This document shows positions 11,401 through 20,274 of a stretch of 64,000 nucleotides of DNA, piece by piece (position 1 is the first letter of the stretch; every line of letters starts with the position of its first letter). The stretch covers positions 32,001 to 96,000 of the forward strand of contig CAZLEV010000007.1 of assembly GCA_964558645.1 (NCBI GenBank). The letters run 5' to 3'. The position numbers and the translations under genes are program-made. Below the pieces are notes generated by a model that had not been told where the DNA came from, ran no database searches, and saw only the letters and a list, made by a program, of their open reading frames with translations. Origin of the DNA: an uncultured archaeon (GTDB taxonomy: Archaea > Asgardarchaeota > Thorarchaeia > Thorarchaeales > Thorarchaeaceae).

Positions 11401-13174
11401 TCTCACGACAAACGAGACTGGCCATGTTACGTGGAGCAAGCAATTGACCAGCCAGGGGGTCTGGACCCTCGATGCCACCTTTGCGGGACTCGGTGTGTAT
11501 CTTTCTTCAGATGTCGAGGCCGATGTGAATGTCCGTTACGGTACTGAGATAACCGTAACCTGGGACGGGGCAGAGGTTGTCGCGGGTCTCGTTCCACTCA
11601 ACGTATCCGTCCTTCTTTCCGATTCTGGCGGCAATCCACTTGAGGGACGCACTATTCGATACGAAGTATATCATGTGACCGGCGGCCTTGTGGACTCGGG
11701 ATCTGTGATCCAGCATTCAGTTGAAGCCGAAACCATAATCATCTTAATTGAGAGGATTGGCCTCTACACGGTCATTTTTCACTTCGCAGGAACAGAGCAC
11801 TATCATCCGAGTAGCACCGGAATAGATGACCTGTTTGTGCTAGGTCAGGCCAATCCCCATTGCGAAGCACCGCAGACGATTGACCGTGCTGAGAATGAGA
11901 ACATCTCCATTACGATCATGGACGAGGTAGGCGAGGAGCTCAATGCCTCACTCCTCGATTCCAGCATAGAACTGATTGGACCAGATGGCGAATTGAGCCT
12001 GCAGGAGCGTTTATCCTGTAATGGCTCATTCCTTATCACCCTCCAAGGGCTTCCTGTTGGCAACTACACATTGAGTGTGATTGTCCATAACTCCTTGACT
12101 CGAGTTGGTAACAGCGCTTCACTGACTCTTGCAATCACTTCGGAATCGCTCTTGCAACTTATTGATACGGATGCGAATGGAATAGTGAACAACCAGCAGA
12201 TGCTTAGGATCCTCCTGGAAGATTCCATGCATGAGGCAATCAATGGACCTGTCTGGATCAGCGTGTACGACCCAGATGGTGATGAGGTCTATGGTGGGTT
12301 CATGCGCACAAGGACACGGATTGAGCTGAACGATGGTCAGGCCACCCTATCATTCACACCTCGCTCAGTCGGAAACTACTCCATTTTGTTGGAGTACGAA
12401 GGTGAGTTGTTTGTCAGCGGAGCATTGCTCTCTTTTGACTTGCTCATACGCCATGAAAGCTCCCTTGATGTTGTTTTGCCGCAGCGTGTAACGTACATAC
12501 AGGGCGGGACTATTTCTGTGCACGTCCGAGCAGGATTGAAGGATGTTGCCAACGAACTGGTGACAGTCAGGTTCCTGTGTGATAGTTCGCTAGTGAGGAG
12601 CAATTCGTTCGAGACGAACAGGAGGGGGCAGATACAGGTTCCCATTGAACTCCTTCCTGCAGCAGCATACTCCGTAGAGATTCTGTACGGCGGTTCCGAC
12701 CGCAACGCTCCTGTCCAGTTCAACGGAAGCGTTGTGATAGAACCCGTTGTCACCATGGCTCTGCAAAACACCAATCCTCCTGATGTTGGATACAATTGGA
12801 GTGGAGAAGTGGTTACTCTCGTCGAAGGAACAACACCTGACTGGAAGGGAACCCTCAGAGTGACCCTCTATGGCCCAGATGGGGGATGCCTGAAAGACTG
12901 GACTGCCTTAGTGAGCTCATCATCAACACTCGACCTATGGTTTCAGTTTGAGTCGGAGGGTCCGCACATCTTGAATATCACATTGCAGGGGGTGCCGGTT
13001 CTTTTCAATATCAGCAGGGCTTTCGTTGTTGCTGTGAGCTCTCCTTCCTTCAAAATTCCAATGGATGCCTCTACAATGCCTGTCATAGGTGGTGGAGCAA
13101 TAATGGGTCTTGTAGCCCTTATAGTCAAGAAACGGCTTGCGTCTCTATCTCTGCCTGGAGAATGGGATGGGTAG
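5435..13174 (+). CDS. Giant cell-surface protein: signal peptide, prenyltransferase/squalene-cyclase-type alpha/alpha barrel repeats, many Ig-like repeats, C-terminal TM anchor
   Basis: The ORF track starts at 5270, but GTG 5435 gives signal-peptide-like MKRIVLCLVLLLFLVP. Barrel repeats: YITSRQDVGGGF, WLAANQLDCGGFG, YIVNCQHFSGHF. Ig repeats: LxDxxGxPLxG...TxxxGxA...GxYxxxAxYxG. C-terminal TM followed by KKR. Confidence 0.8.
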   Translation: MKRIVLCLVLLLFLVPISNPDEGVSREGFSPRLRETSLSESSGSLGIILVISLDGGAIPNYGNEVAQLLRERGIMAAESTVSDVITDPTLLSGSLVILDGSLGSENGTLVTDTFVTLLRRLHVPCVTLGRAAWLHSRIRESESASVTALLHTTLEASSDHSSAVFLSSPDSLSLGATLTWESVTLPVLDVQAAQGRVVNLTAGTSSGIAPLRYESYPLDLFLFGPENPDHWTEDGIGLLVNTVAYALSLGESEVALALASMQVLDEPVTGGFWYPHEPTVSGVYYAVRSASRLNTTFGDWASERAAKVTSILERFRENYDLETGFRDSYDKTVSLSATSMALWVISIMGIESQFDLPEIVTYITSRQDVGGGFQDSVLKTHLAVEALNWSGHLSSINTVALGTWLRACVVSGSDTSNPDYWGGVALNPDSAVPKTEYARAYLLSLACLGGVHDDPVKLTYWIQTRVSRGDGSYSNVVGGDVEILKGTTSALTTMAILDTLDTENKTEGLGWLAANQLDCGGFGISDAASDIIGKSAETAMVASCLYQLEEETSGTASRIPGYLKTIETENGFELLDRVPSGMWSYWTSRGLMHIDSGISSISALYDYASLLSGQIYPGWNNITAISSPEYDFYQYRQQSVWTHYFKAGTAQAIGYPLLGSEKSEIANYIVNCQHFSGHFRPTSFSGTAHMEHSVAAVETLDIIGALDSVTYLTALENAIMDEYESGSWATTGWSLRPFAMQQEAIDYLSTRAALRLQLVDEAMASEIHSTISARVQYEDLWALSRDVASVSLLVASGLLSFSDFSVFDTDLVLGALSSNFESGWLNATTEWQPAFTADVLEMVSILGLESRWLQPAGGSFSVSCPSTVELGEHLEITLSISPTASEHTVIVDAFGSMNQYLVESVDTLSINVPSDAGSLGIWNISLALWDQFVTRDFARLAVNVTSSLSGQLTLPETNYLVGDSINGTVSWTLVTGADAGQCDVIIRLGDPPVYEQWTHTRESPMDFSIPTTGIGAGDHNLTVTVRREFCTDLVFQRVVSVAEGIETYIDHLDHKTGEVGTQLSISFDLRFSSNDTEIVGQLVTIEITDSEDGVVHTDGLTTAAGTEQFLWTPDERGNYSYVLSFERNGTLMSSSSQGEIRVEQATELYWIGSDTQTQYETATFILLLTTDNGEPLTGMDLDITIDDPLGSRVMDIMLTTNATGHAEVQLSLDLNGNYTLCALFSGSSLLQPTSALTEVISFSLTRLSLDGIPSASLVEEPMQIDLLLCDSNGTPIQGENVVLRIVLLPSTTLLEEILVTDTSGQVSWYWSPPSPGTYEVSAEYAGTQSLAPSYNVTSTDAYISVSLAVDVPYAEVGESSTVTVTAVDHQGQPISGLAIRIALYDPLGSPELVVEDVTEDGAFAVVWTPLSRGQYQIHVNSSRQDVYEAATVSEPISVFEQTTLTLSWASDLLAIAPNILTVTISDTRNIGVSGVQFQVLVSIASNTLLDSTNTTDINGQVIFDIVLDNVGDISIVVIVDDQGFVLGLNYENHSTVLGLTDLTLATSPTPITQCSSLGIQATLLDWNGQPILGAAVRFTVTHPNGTIVRNTTRTTGTGGACSIAHTFESVGDYLVGASYAGEGLNAGDAVTNVQRVRVTPDLLLLHDTTAHLGEAFAIHVGLLDASGAYIAGRDLAISISLAGEVVFEAGRVSSDGLLTLSWTPDFRGSAIVALTHAGDVYYLYNSTSSTTSVMETVSGSLGTSRSTMNLFDTITLHYFLSAQAPEGITITFEVLGTDLVPVWSETATTNATGYTEVSYTAQENHGFFTVRATPSDDFMLGGASQSSIAVMTEGVLSVDTVSPPPVVTSEVNMTISIENKLGLPVSDISVRVTVTDPYGVLLKLGSYYNWISVPIGEGGGTFVFSPQHAGLHEIGISYEGSNTVYEFDESRDLIVYAATQLTVVEHSAELEVGEVFDTILQLVDYAGHPLVGKEVAAELHGLERSYFVVLTTNETGHVTWSKQLTSQGVWTLDATFAGLGVYLSSDVEADVNVRYGTEITVTWDGAEVVAGLVPLNVSVLLSDSGGNPLEGRTIRYEVYHVTGGLVDSGSVIQHSVEAETIIILIERIGLYTVIFHFAGTEHYHPSSTGIDDLFVLGQANPHCEAPQTIDRAENENISITIMDEVGEELNASLLDSSIELIGPDGELSLQERLSCNGSFLITLQGLPVGNYTLSVIVHNSLTRVGNSASLTLAITSESLLQLIDTDANGIVNNQQMLRILLEDSMHEAINGPVWISVYDPDGDEVYGGFMRTRTRIELNDGQATLSFTPRSVGNYSILLEYEGELFVSGALLSFDLLIRHESSLDVVLPQRVTYIQGGTISVHVRAGLKDVANELVTVRFLCDSSLVRSNSFETNRRGQIQVPIELLPAAAYSVEILYGGSDRNAPVQFNGSVVIEPVVTMALQNTNPPDVGYNWSGEVVTLVEGTTPDWKGTLRVTLYGPDGGCLKDWTALVSSSSTLDLWFQFESEGPHILNITLQGVPVLFNISRAFVVAVSSPSFKIPMDASTMPVIGGGAIMGLVALIVKKRLASLSLPGEWDG

Positions 13175-13244
13175 CATAGAAAACTCTGCATGACTTGGAT
13201 GTGAGCATTTGTCTGCTGCAGCGTAGTCGTGGAGATGAACGCCC

Positions 13245-13293
13245 AAGAAAAGAAAATGGGATGGGCACCTCTCTCTGACGGAGGATACCCATC
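13245..13293 (-). terminator. Hairpin plus U-tract downstream of the acyl-CoA ligase gene
   Basis: GATGGG-CA-CCTC...GAGG-ATA-CCCATC imperfect stem, followed on the minus strand by TTTTCTTTTCTT. Confidence 0.5.
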
Positions 13294-13343
13294 TTTGACC
13301 CTGTGAAACGATTTTGTGATTCACTGGTCATTCCTATAGTGGA

Positions 13344-15020
13344 TTAGTCCTCTTGTTCTCTGAGTTCTCTTCTGAGCACCTTGCCCACAGAAGTCTTCGG
13401 TAGGGTATCAACTATCTCGAGATCCGTGGGAACCTTGTAAACCGCCATCTTCTCCTTGCAGAAAGATCTGAGATCTTCAAGGGTCAGGTCTTGTCCCTCA
13501 TCGAGAACCACAAACGCCTTGACAGTTTCTCCTCTCACTTCGTCTGGAACCCCAACAACAGCAGCCTCTCTGATCTTCGGATGTTCGAAGAGCACTTCTT
13601 CGACATCTCTTGGCCAAACCTTGTAACCGCTCGCATTGATTAGATCCTTCTTCCGATCGACTATGTACGTCCATCCGTCCTCATCCATTTTTGCGATGTC
13701 ACCGGTGAACAGCCAGCCATCCTTGGTCAGAACATCGGCAGTCTCATCGGGACGGTTGTGATATCCTTGCATGACCTGTGGACCCTTAACCGAAAGCTCG
13801 CCTACTTCACCGGGGGGGAGCACCTTGCTTCGGTCGTCAAGGTCAACAATCCTACTGTCTGTGCTCGGAAAAGGTAGCCCGATTGAACCTATCTTTCTCA
13901 ATTCCTTGTCAAGCGGATTGGCGTGTGTTACTGGTGAAGCTTCGGACAGTCCATATCCTTCAACAATCATTGAATTCGTCGCCGCTTCGAACTTTCGTGT
14001 TACCTCTGCAGGTAGGGCCATCGCCCCGGCAATTGACAGCTTCAACGATGTGATATCATACTTCTCCACATGTTCGCTAGAGTAGATTGCGATAGCAAGT
14101 GTGGCAACGATGGGGAAGAAGGTCGGCTTGAGCTTGTCAATAAGCTCCAGCAGATGCTTGATATTACGAGGGTCGGGAACAAGAATCATCCCGCAACCCC
14201 AGGACATGGCCAGATTCATGGAAACGGTCTGTCCGAAGATGTGCTGAAGCGGCAGAGCCGCAACAAACAGCTCCTTTCCTCGCTCCGCCATCCAATCCAT
14301 CCACGCACCGCACTGCGCGCAGTTCGCTTTCAAGTTATCATGCGTCAGCATTGCAGCCTTTGGAATTCCTGTTGTACCTCCCGTGAACTGATAGACTGCA
14401 ATATGCTTGGACGGGTCAATCTCCACTTTTGGCGGGATGGGCTCTGTGTTCTCAAGGAAGTCAAGCCATTCAATATCTCCCTCAACAAGGGGTGGCACGT
14501 CCTTCATTTGCTTTCGGTATACTAGCTTTGCTGCTAGGAATCTCTTGATAGCGCTCATGTGATCCCATGCAGCAGTGACTATGACGTTGTCCAGATTGCT
14601 CTCTTCTCTTACCGCATTAACAACCTTGTAGAAGTAGTTGAGCGTGACAATCGTCTTTGCGGCCGTGTCCTGGAGGTATATCCTAAGCTCCTTGGGCATA
14701 CTCAAAGGGTTCACCGGTGTCACCGTTGCCCCCGTTTTCAGGGCACCGAAGTACGCAATGACGAACTGGGGGCAGTTAGGAAGCATGATCGCGACGACAT
14801 CTCCTTTCTTGACCCCAAGTTTGGTGAAGCCATTTGCGGCTCGATCAACGAGTTCACCTACTTCGCGGTAGGTTATCTCCAGTCCTTCATAATAAAGCGC
14901 CACATTCTCCGGAAAGTCGCGTATTGCGTCATCAAGCTGACTCCAGAGTGGTCTTTCATCAATTTCAATCTCCGCTGGAGTTCCTCCAACGTAGTGTTTG
15001 TGCCATGGTCTTTCTTCCAT
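13344..15020 (-). CDS. fadD: Long-chain fatty acid-CoA ligase
   Basis: AMP-binding motif FTGGTTGIPKAA; EGYGLSE, TGDIA, DRKKDLI and LPKTSVGK motifs. Confidence 0.93.
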   Translation of the reverse strand: MEERPWHKHYVGGTPAEIEIDERPLWSQLDDAIRDFPENVALYYEGLEITYREVGELVDRAANGFTKLGVKKGDVVAIMLPNCPQFVIAYFGALKTGATVTPVNPLSMPKELRIYLQDTAAKTIVTLNYFYKVVNAVREESNLDNVIVTAAWDHMSAIKRFLAAKLVYRKQMKDVPPLVEGDIEWLDFLENTEPIPPKVEIDPSKHIAVYQFTGGTTGIPKAAMLTHDNLKANCAQCGAWMDWMAERGKELFVAALPLQHIFGQTVSMNLAMSWGCGMILVPDPRNIKHLLELIDKLKPTFFPIVATLAIAIYSSEHVEKYDITSLKLSIAGAMALPAEVTRKFEAATNSMIVEGYGLSEASPVTHANPLDKELRKIGSIGLPFPSTDSRIVDLDDRSKVLPPGEVGELSVKGPQVMQGYHNRPDETADVLTKDGWLFTGDIAKMDEDGWTYIVDRKKDLINASGYKVWPRDVEEVLFEHPKIREAAVVGVPDEVRGETVKAFVVLDEGQDLTLEDLRSFCKEKMAVYKVPTDLEIVDTLPKTSVGKVLRRELREQED

Positions 15021-15193
15021 TGTATGTCTCTCCTCATCCTAGAGGTTGTGAACCTTAATAGCCGACCATTGGTTGCAGCTTGTTTTATTCCTTTTGGATG
15101 AGAGTGATGGGAGAATCGGGTAGGATTTGAGGGTCACTTACTGGACCCAAAAACCCCCTTCTATGTGACCCCGTCAGTTAGATTTGACAGACA

Positions 15194-16393
15194 CTAGCAC
15201 GTTAGTGCTTCTCGTAGACAGACCCAGAGGATCCGTGCAACAAGGCGTTTCGCGTCAGGTGCTGAATCTTTGGATTCAGCCATGGATAGTGCCACAATCT
15301 CTTGGATCTTCTCGTCGCGCTTACCTATCTCAAAGAGAAGGTCTGTATACGGGCTCGTTAGAATCTTTTGGATTTTGACCATTTGATTCATCGATCTACC
15401 GAAGTCCTTCCACCACAGGTCCTGATATTCTGATAACATGTCAGCTGACAGATCATTTGACTCGAGAGCATTGCAAATAACCTGGGCACCATATCTTGCT
15501 GCATGCATCGCATAGGAGATTCCTCCGCCGGTGATGGGGTTGACAAAACCTGCGGAGTCCCCTATGAGGATGCATCTATCTGTATATGTCCTCTCAAGAG
15601 TACCGCCAGTTGGCACAAGTGCCCCTTTGGCACCAGACAGATTGGGGGCGCTTCCCACCATGCCTTGACTCACTAGATATCTAACAAAACGATTGAATTG
15701 CGAACGAAGGCCTGAAGCATGCGTAGCGACAACACCCAGTCCAATATTCACTGTGCTTCTCTTTGGAAATACCCACGCATATCCTGGCCGCCCTTCTAGG
15801 TTCGCGTAGAAATGGTATTCTCTTTCGCTTCCATAGATGCTGTCGATTTGATTTGCTGCCATGGGTATCTCTGCTACGCGACATGGTGTGACCGCATTAT
15901 GTGCCCATTTCCTATGTAATCCCGTGGTTCTTGCAGTTACGCTGTTAATTCCGTCTGCACCAACCACCACTCTGGATTTGACTGTATTTCCTGGCGATAA
16001 CTTGATTGTTGCACCATCGTGATTAATGTCCACAGCTTTGGCCCGCGTTCTGAATGTTAGTTCCGTCCCAGCAGCTATTGCTTCCTCTACCAGAGCATTG
16101 TCGAAGACAGTACGGCGCGTAACAGCCATCTCGACGTTGCCACGGAGCATGACTCTCCGATTTGGTGAGTGGATCACACCAACCTTGCAGATCTCCTCAA
16201 TGATATCTTGTTCGTGCTTCTTCAAGTACGGGAACTCATCCAGGAGATTGTACGAGAACCCGCCCCCACAAGGCTTGTCTCGGGGAAATTCGTGACGATC
16301 TAAGAGTAGGACTGAGCAACCTTTCTCAGCCAAGTAGCGAGCACAGGTTGAGCCTGCGGGTCCAGCTCCGATAATAGCACAATCATAGATCAT
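15194..16393 (-). CDS. Geranylgeranyl reductase family FAD-dependent oxidoreductase
   Basis: GAGPAG, RDKPCGGG, GADG, GYAWVFPK and GDSAGFVNPITGGGI motifs; ATG 16393 chosen as start. Confidence 0.9.
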   Translation of the reverse strand: MIYDCAIIGAGPAGSTCARYLAEKGCSVLLLDRHEFPRDKPCGGGFSYNLLDEFPYLKKHEQDIIEEICKVGVIHSPNRRVMLRGNVEMAVTRRTVFDNALVEEAIAAGTELTFRTRAKAVDINHDGATIKLSPGNTVKSRVVVGADGINSVTARTTGLHRKWAHNAVTPCRVAEIPMAANQIDSIYGSEREYHFYANLEGRPGYAWVFPKRSTVNIGLGVVATHASGLRSQFNRFVRYLVSQGMVGSAPNLSGAKGALVPTGGTLERTYTDRCILIGDSAGFVNPITGGGISYAMHAARYGAQVICNALESNDLSADMLSEYQDLWWKDFGRSMNQMVKIQKILTSPYTDLLFEIGKRDEKIQEIVALSMAESKDSAPDAKRLVARILWVCLREALTC

Positions 16394-16495
16394 TGTACTC
16401 CTCAGGGTCGATAGTCCTACCAACTTGTTCTTATCGGTTCAAGCGAAGAACCGACAAGCAAAAGCCATTAAGCAGGCAATAGGGGCTGAGAGAAC

Positions 16496-18148
16496 ATGAA
16501 AGAGGATTCACAAGAGGGCGATGAGCCAGGTGGCATTGTAGCAAGCCTTCGGACATCGATAGCCCGCTGTAGTAGAAAACATGTGAGTCTACAGAAGTTC
16601 ATAAGGAGTGAGCCCAACCTCTCTGCTATCCTCAAGATTCTTGTCTGCTCGGTCATGTTCGCTGATATAGTTCTCATGACCTATGCTCTTCTAGCTGTTA
16701 CGTATAGAGCCACCAGCCTTGGCTTGTCACTTATAGACTCACTCCCCTTGGCATTCTATGCTTTGCCGTTACTCGTGTTTCTCCCTTCGATGCTGAAGGC
16801 ATACTATAATTCCCGTAGCGGCATCGTACCTCTTGTTATCTTCACGATCGCAGGAGTCATATTCATTCTGATTGCGCCTATCCAGTCTGTGTTCTATTTG
16901 ATGTCAGCACTGAATATGATTGCCATTGTAGTCGTCTTTATGGATGGACGCCTTCGACCCCAGGGAAGCGTCCGTTCACTGGGAAAGAGAACAGTGGGTT
17001 ATATCGTATTGCTCAATCTTATCGGATTGGTCTTTCCCGCTTCAGTGTATATTATGGGTCAGACACCGATTGCCACCGGATCGTTGGATCAGATGCCTGA
17101 AGTATACATGACCGTGCCAACGGCCTCTATAGAGTACACATCCGAATCCATTCTCCCGAGCGGTGACTTGCTCCAAGCTTTGCAGGATACGGGGTTTGGA
17201 GTCGATATTCAATACCTTATTGGTAACAACGATTCGCTTCAACAAGCAACAGCATGGCTGGTCGAGGTTAGCAACGCCACCATACCTCTAAGGGTGTCCC
17301 TACACAGCAACAGAACATCGTATCTCGTCGATAGCAGCAGTCTTGGCGATCAAAATATACACTCTCAGGTATATTCCAATTTGAGACAGGGTGCACAGAC
17401 AGTTCTAGAACTTATCTCGACTCTTGGAATAGAGAATTCATCGATTCAACTTCTGGCGGATCTGCGGATGTCAGAGTCAGAGTGGGCTACTTTCTTTGAT
17501 CCGATACGCTCGCTGAATCTCGGAGAATTCAGTCACCTGGTAGAACATGCAATAAGTGGTATCAACCAGAGTGCTCTTGAAGTCTACTTCTTAGGTCTCA
17601 AGGAGGTTGTTTCTGGCGCTGGATTGTCATTTGGGCTTCTTGTGGATTCATTTGTGATTGATGACTTCTCGGACAACGATGCAACCTTGATGCTGACTGA
17701 TGGAGTGACTCCCTCCATCCTCAGAGATGTAGACTTTCTTGAGATCGACATCATGAGAAGCAAGTTCTCACTGGAGATGGACGGAGATGTTGGTGAGTAT
17801 CTGGTACACTCATACTCAAGGTCTGCAAGAGCTCTCACAGAATCCGGAATAGAATGTGGCTGCAGGCTGGGTCTTGTCGGGGCAGTTCTAGACATCCAAG
17901 AACGTGCTAATCCTGTCTATCAGACAGTTGAGGCTATCGCCCGCGACGTGGTGATATGTTCCGGCAACGTAGCTACCAGTGTAGCCATCGCTTCCCTTGA
18001 GTCACTTATGAGAAACGAGGGTGTTGATTCAGTGGCGAATCTCAGAGATGCAATTCTTGACGTAGGCGAGCAATCGGTGACATACACATTCAGGATATAT
18101 GCCTTCCGCGCAGTAGTCTTTGCAATCGATTCATTTCGGATTACTTAG
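16496..18148 (+). CDS. Hypothetical membrane protein (about 5 TM) with large soluble domain
   Basis: 550-aa ORF with hydrophobic N-terminal third; no recognisable motif. Confidence 0.7.
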   Translation: MKEDSQEGDEPGGIVASLRTSIARCSRKHVSLQKFIRSEPNLSAILKILVCSVMFADIVLMTYALLAVTYRATSLGLSLIDSLPLAFYALPLLVFLPSMLKAYYNSRSGIVPLVIFTIAGVIFILIAPIQSVFYLMSALNMIAIVVVFMDGRLRPQGSVRSLGKRTVGYIVLLNLIGLVFPASVYIMGQTPIATGSLDQMPEVYMTVPTASIEYTSESILPSGDLLQALQDTGFGVDIQYLIGNNDSLQQATAWLVEVSNATIPLRVSLHSNRTSYLVDSSSLGDQNIHSQVYSNLRQGAQTVLELISTLGIENSSIQLLADLRMSESEWATFFDPIRSLNLGEFSHLVEHAISGINQSALEVYFLGLKEVVSGAGLSFGLLVDSFVIDDFSDNDATLMLTDGVTPSILRDVDFLEIDIMRSKFSLEMDGDVGEYLVHSYSRSARALTESGIECGCRLGLVGAVLDIQERANPVYQTVEAIARDVVICSGNVATSVAIASLESLMRNEGVDSVANLRDAILDVGEQSVTYTFRIYAFRAVVFAIDSFRIT

Positions 18149-19055
18149 GCGGTCTTACGTAGACCTCAAACACTCCGGACCAAATCTCGCTGCCAGGCGC
18201 AATCTTGATCAGAAGGTCGTTTCCCACATTGATGCCAAGCGGCTTTGCGTCACTGCGTTTCCAGATGTCTGAGAAGATGACCGAGTGTATCCTATTCTGG
18301 AAGTCTTCACCTATACGCGACATCATTTCATCCATGAATGCCTCATCGATTCCGAGGCTCTCCATGTTGATACCTACCTTGAACAGCCTCTCTTCGCTTA
18401 CAGCTCCGATCTTCTTGTCAAACGTGTAACCGATACCACCAGTGAGATGAAACACGCCGTGTTGAACTCGCGGTTCTTCATCTACAATCAGGAGGTCTCC
18501 GCCAGTGAGGATAACATATTCAGGTTCTGCCATAAGGAAAGGTATCGATGCGGCTTCAATTGAAACTTCGTCCATTCTTAGAGTCTTGGTAAGAAAGTCG
18601 TTCAGTGTGGTCATCTTCCTGTCAAATCTGAAGGCGGAGAAGTCTCCGAAATGAACGACATTTCGTGCTTTCCTGATGAAAACATCGAGGATTCTCTGGG
18701 CTTTCCTCATGAATCTCCTTCGCTCCTCAACTGTTTCACAAAGTTCGCCTGCAGAGATGACAACTCTAAGGTACTGCAGACCCTTGACGTTCGAGATGAT
18801 TGTACGGCTGAGATAGGTCTTCTGCTGTGCCTCAAGTAGACCCTCATGCTTCGATATCTCAGGATTAATAGGGTCACTGATATGCACTTGCTTTGGATTT
18901 TTCTCCCTGCGAGACTTGAAGAATACTCCGATGTCTAGACCCAAGTCTGGAATATCGGTGAATTGACGGACAAATGACCCCTCTGGTACGATCTCCTTTG
19001 CTTGGGCCTTTCGATAAATCTCCGTATACTTTGAGAACAAGTCGGACCTTGACAT
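18141..19055 (-). CDS. Hypothetical protein
   Basis: 304-aa ORF, ATG start preceded by an SD-like AGGTAGG; no family recognised. Confidence 0.7.
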   Translation of the reverse strand: MSRSDLFSKYTEIYRKAQAKEIVPEGSFVRQFTDIPDLGLDIGVFFKSRREKNPKQVHISDPINPEISKHEGLLEAQQKTYLSRTIISNVKGLQYLRVVISAGELCETVEERRRFMRKAQRILDVFIRKARNVVHFGDFSAFRFDRKMTTLNDFLTKTLRMDEVSIEAASIPFLMAEPEYVILTGGDLLIVDEEPRVQHGVFHLTGGIGYTFDKKIGAVSEERLFKVGINMESLGIDEAFMDEMMSRIGEDFQNRIHSVIFSDIWKRSDAKPLGINVGNDLLIKIAPGSEIWSGVFEVYVRPPK

Positions 19056-19221
19056 GGAATTCGCCTACCTTGCTCTGATGTATTCTGTTTCTATTATCTC
19101 TTAGGGTGCTAGGCTTGAAGGATTGATTTGATCCTGTACCTTGTCATAGATGAGCACAGTCCACAATTTATAAAGGACACAGAGGTGTCAAAAGTATCTG
19201 CTACCAAGGGAGTGCATAGGA

Positions 19222-19518
19222 TTGGAACGTAGAAGCAAAGGTTCGGTACTGCTAATAGCAGGTGTGGTCGTCTTCATATTGTCAGTCTTCTTTCTTCTCC
19301 CATTACCTGGACTATACCTTCCCGCTCTGACTACAATGTTTCTCGGCGTTGTCTTGATTGGAATCGGCAGCGCGATGGTCAAGGAATTTGACAGTACTCT
19401 TGATCAACCGGAAGAGGATTGCTATTACTGTGGAGGTCTGGGTAAGATTGAAGGTCCTGATGGATATCAGACCTGTCCAAGATGTGGTGGCACCGGTTTG
19501 GCTCGACCGGATGACTGA
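19222..19518 (+). CDS. Small 2-TM protein with DnaJ-type zinc finger
   Basis: Two TM segments, then CYYCGGLG and CPRCGGTG (two CxxCxGxG). Confidence 0.75.
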   Translation: MERRSKGSVLLIAGVVVFILSVFFLLPLPGLYLPALTTMFLGVVLIGIGSAMVKEFDSTLDQPEEDCYYCGGLGKIEGPDGYQTCPRCGGTGLARPDD

Positions 19519-19548
19519 CCATAAGAGCAAGCAGATCAGGCATGTCTA

Positions 19549-20274
19549 GTGGATGAGGGTATGATGTGGGAAAAGAAACTAGTCATTGGACATCGAGGAG
19601 CGGCAGCATACGCCCCGGAGAACACGCTTCTCTCCTTTCAAACTGCGGTAGACATGGGTGCTGACATGGTCGAACTTGATGTTCAAAGAACCGCTGACGG
19701 GCAGTTAGTATGCGTCCACGATTACGATTTGACTCGACTCTGCAAGTGTGAGGACCTCATTTCGGAGATGGACTACGACGATCTTGTTTCCTGTGACCTT
19801 GGAGATGGGCAGCACATACCTCTGCTGAGAAATGTACTGGAAACCATGAGAGGCAGGGCCGGAGTGAACATTGAGATCAAGGTCCCCGAGATAGAATCGG
19901 AGGTTGCTATTCTTCTAGATGATTCTGACATGTCTTCGCACGTTGTCGTTTCTTCGTTTCTTCATGAGGTCTTGGCAACATTTCGAGAGATCGATGATAT
20001 AACACGAACTGGGGTGCTGTTCAAAGAACCTATGAATGACGCAGCATCTTATGCCAAAGAGCTCGGAGCTAATTGTCTTCACCCTTTGTTCTTCACAATC
20101 GAGCAGGATCTTGTCCACGAGGCGCACGAGGAGGGTCTCTTGGTTTTCCCCTGGACAGTGAATGATGCTGACATGATGCTCGGATTGTGGGAAATGGGCG
20201 TTGATGGGCTGATTACTGACTACCCCGACCTAGGGGTTGAATCTCGGAAGCAGTTTCTGGCTAAGAGGGGCTAG
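19549..20274 (+). CDS. Glycerophosphodiester phosphodiesterase (GDPD/UgpQ family)
   Basis: IGHRGA, PENTL, VELDV, HD, NIEIK, WTVND and GLITDYP motifs. Confidence 0.93.
   Translation: MDEGMMWEKKLVIGHRGAAAYAPENTLLSFQTAVDMGADMVELDVQRTADGQLVCVHDYDLTRLCKCEDLISEMDYDDLVSCDLGDGQHIPLLRNVLETMRGRAGVNIEIKVPEIESEVAILLDDSDMSSHVVVSSFLHEVLATFREIDDITRTGVLFKEPMNDAASYAKELGANCLHPLFFTIEQDLVHEAHEEGLLVFPWTVNDADMMLGLWEMGVDGLITDYPDLGVESRKQFLAKRG

Noticed and set aside
15131-15171. GGGTCAC...GTGACCC inverted repeat
   Set aside because: Only 7 bp with a long spacer; compatible with chance.
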